64,000 bases of DNA from the NCBI GenBank assembly GCA_036172245.1, contig JAYWIR010000025.1, positions 186,001 to 250,000 on the forward strand, written 5' to 3'. This document shows positions 63,939 through 64,000 of this stretch, piece after piece. Positions within the stretch are counted from its first letter, which is position 1; each line of letters begins with the position of its first letter. The notes beneath the pieces are model-generated. The model had not been told where the DNA came from and ran no database searches. It saw only the letters and a list, made by a program, of their open reading frames with translations. A program made the translations under genes and the position numbers. This stretch comes from Raillietiella orientalis. Lineage: Eukaryota.

Positions 63939-63980
63939 GGCTCTTCGGTTATCGGGATGCAACCCGATAACCGAAGAGTC
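63939..63980. repeat. Perfect 16-bp inverted repeat with 6-nt loop
   Basis: CTCTTCGGTTATCGGG-ATGCAA-CCCGATAACCGAAGAG (arms 63941-63956 and 63963-63978), extendable by G.T and G-C pairs. Confidence 0.97.
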
Positions 63981-64000
63981 AGGGTCCCCCAAGATCCATT

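Noticed and set aside
1..64000. CRISPR arrays, operons or prokaryotic defence systems
   Set aside because: No regularly spaced repeats, no gene-dense organisation, and eukaryotic RNA relics are present.

Overview
Eukaryotic, almost certainly animal DNA; the 28S rRNA remnant looks arthropod-like. I cannot support any intact protein-coding gene here. The six-frame ORFs are short and mostly broken pieces of retrotransposon frames. The window is a nested graveyard of decayed non-LTR retrotransposons, chiefly L1/Tx1-type, recognised from degenerate apurinic-endonuclease (EN), reverse-transcriptase (RT), C-terminal CCHC and ORF1 zinc-knuckle motifs. Two families recur: family A (3' ends near 10990, 19455, 27700, 56785) and family B (18845, 33370, 42690, 52110). 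Stand-out items: (1) a 5'-truncated restriction-like-endonuclease (RLE) retrotransposon fused to the first 27 nt of U2 snRNA and apparently followed by the next part of U2, i.e. a Utopia-like insertion in a U2 gene (36134-36703); (2) a second, diverged RLE element (50440-51168); (3) a decayed ~0.8 kb 28S rRNA fragment (4245-5086); (4) two ~41-bp near-perfect palindromes sharing TATCGG/CCGATA; (5) a 352-bp insertion with a 17-bp target-site duplication; (6) a possible tRNA-headed SINE-like unit (family B). LINE remnant boundaries are approximate (about +/-100 bp). All homology calls were made by eye against remembered consensus sequences, not by database search. I found no convincing wholly new biological system.
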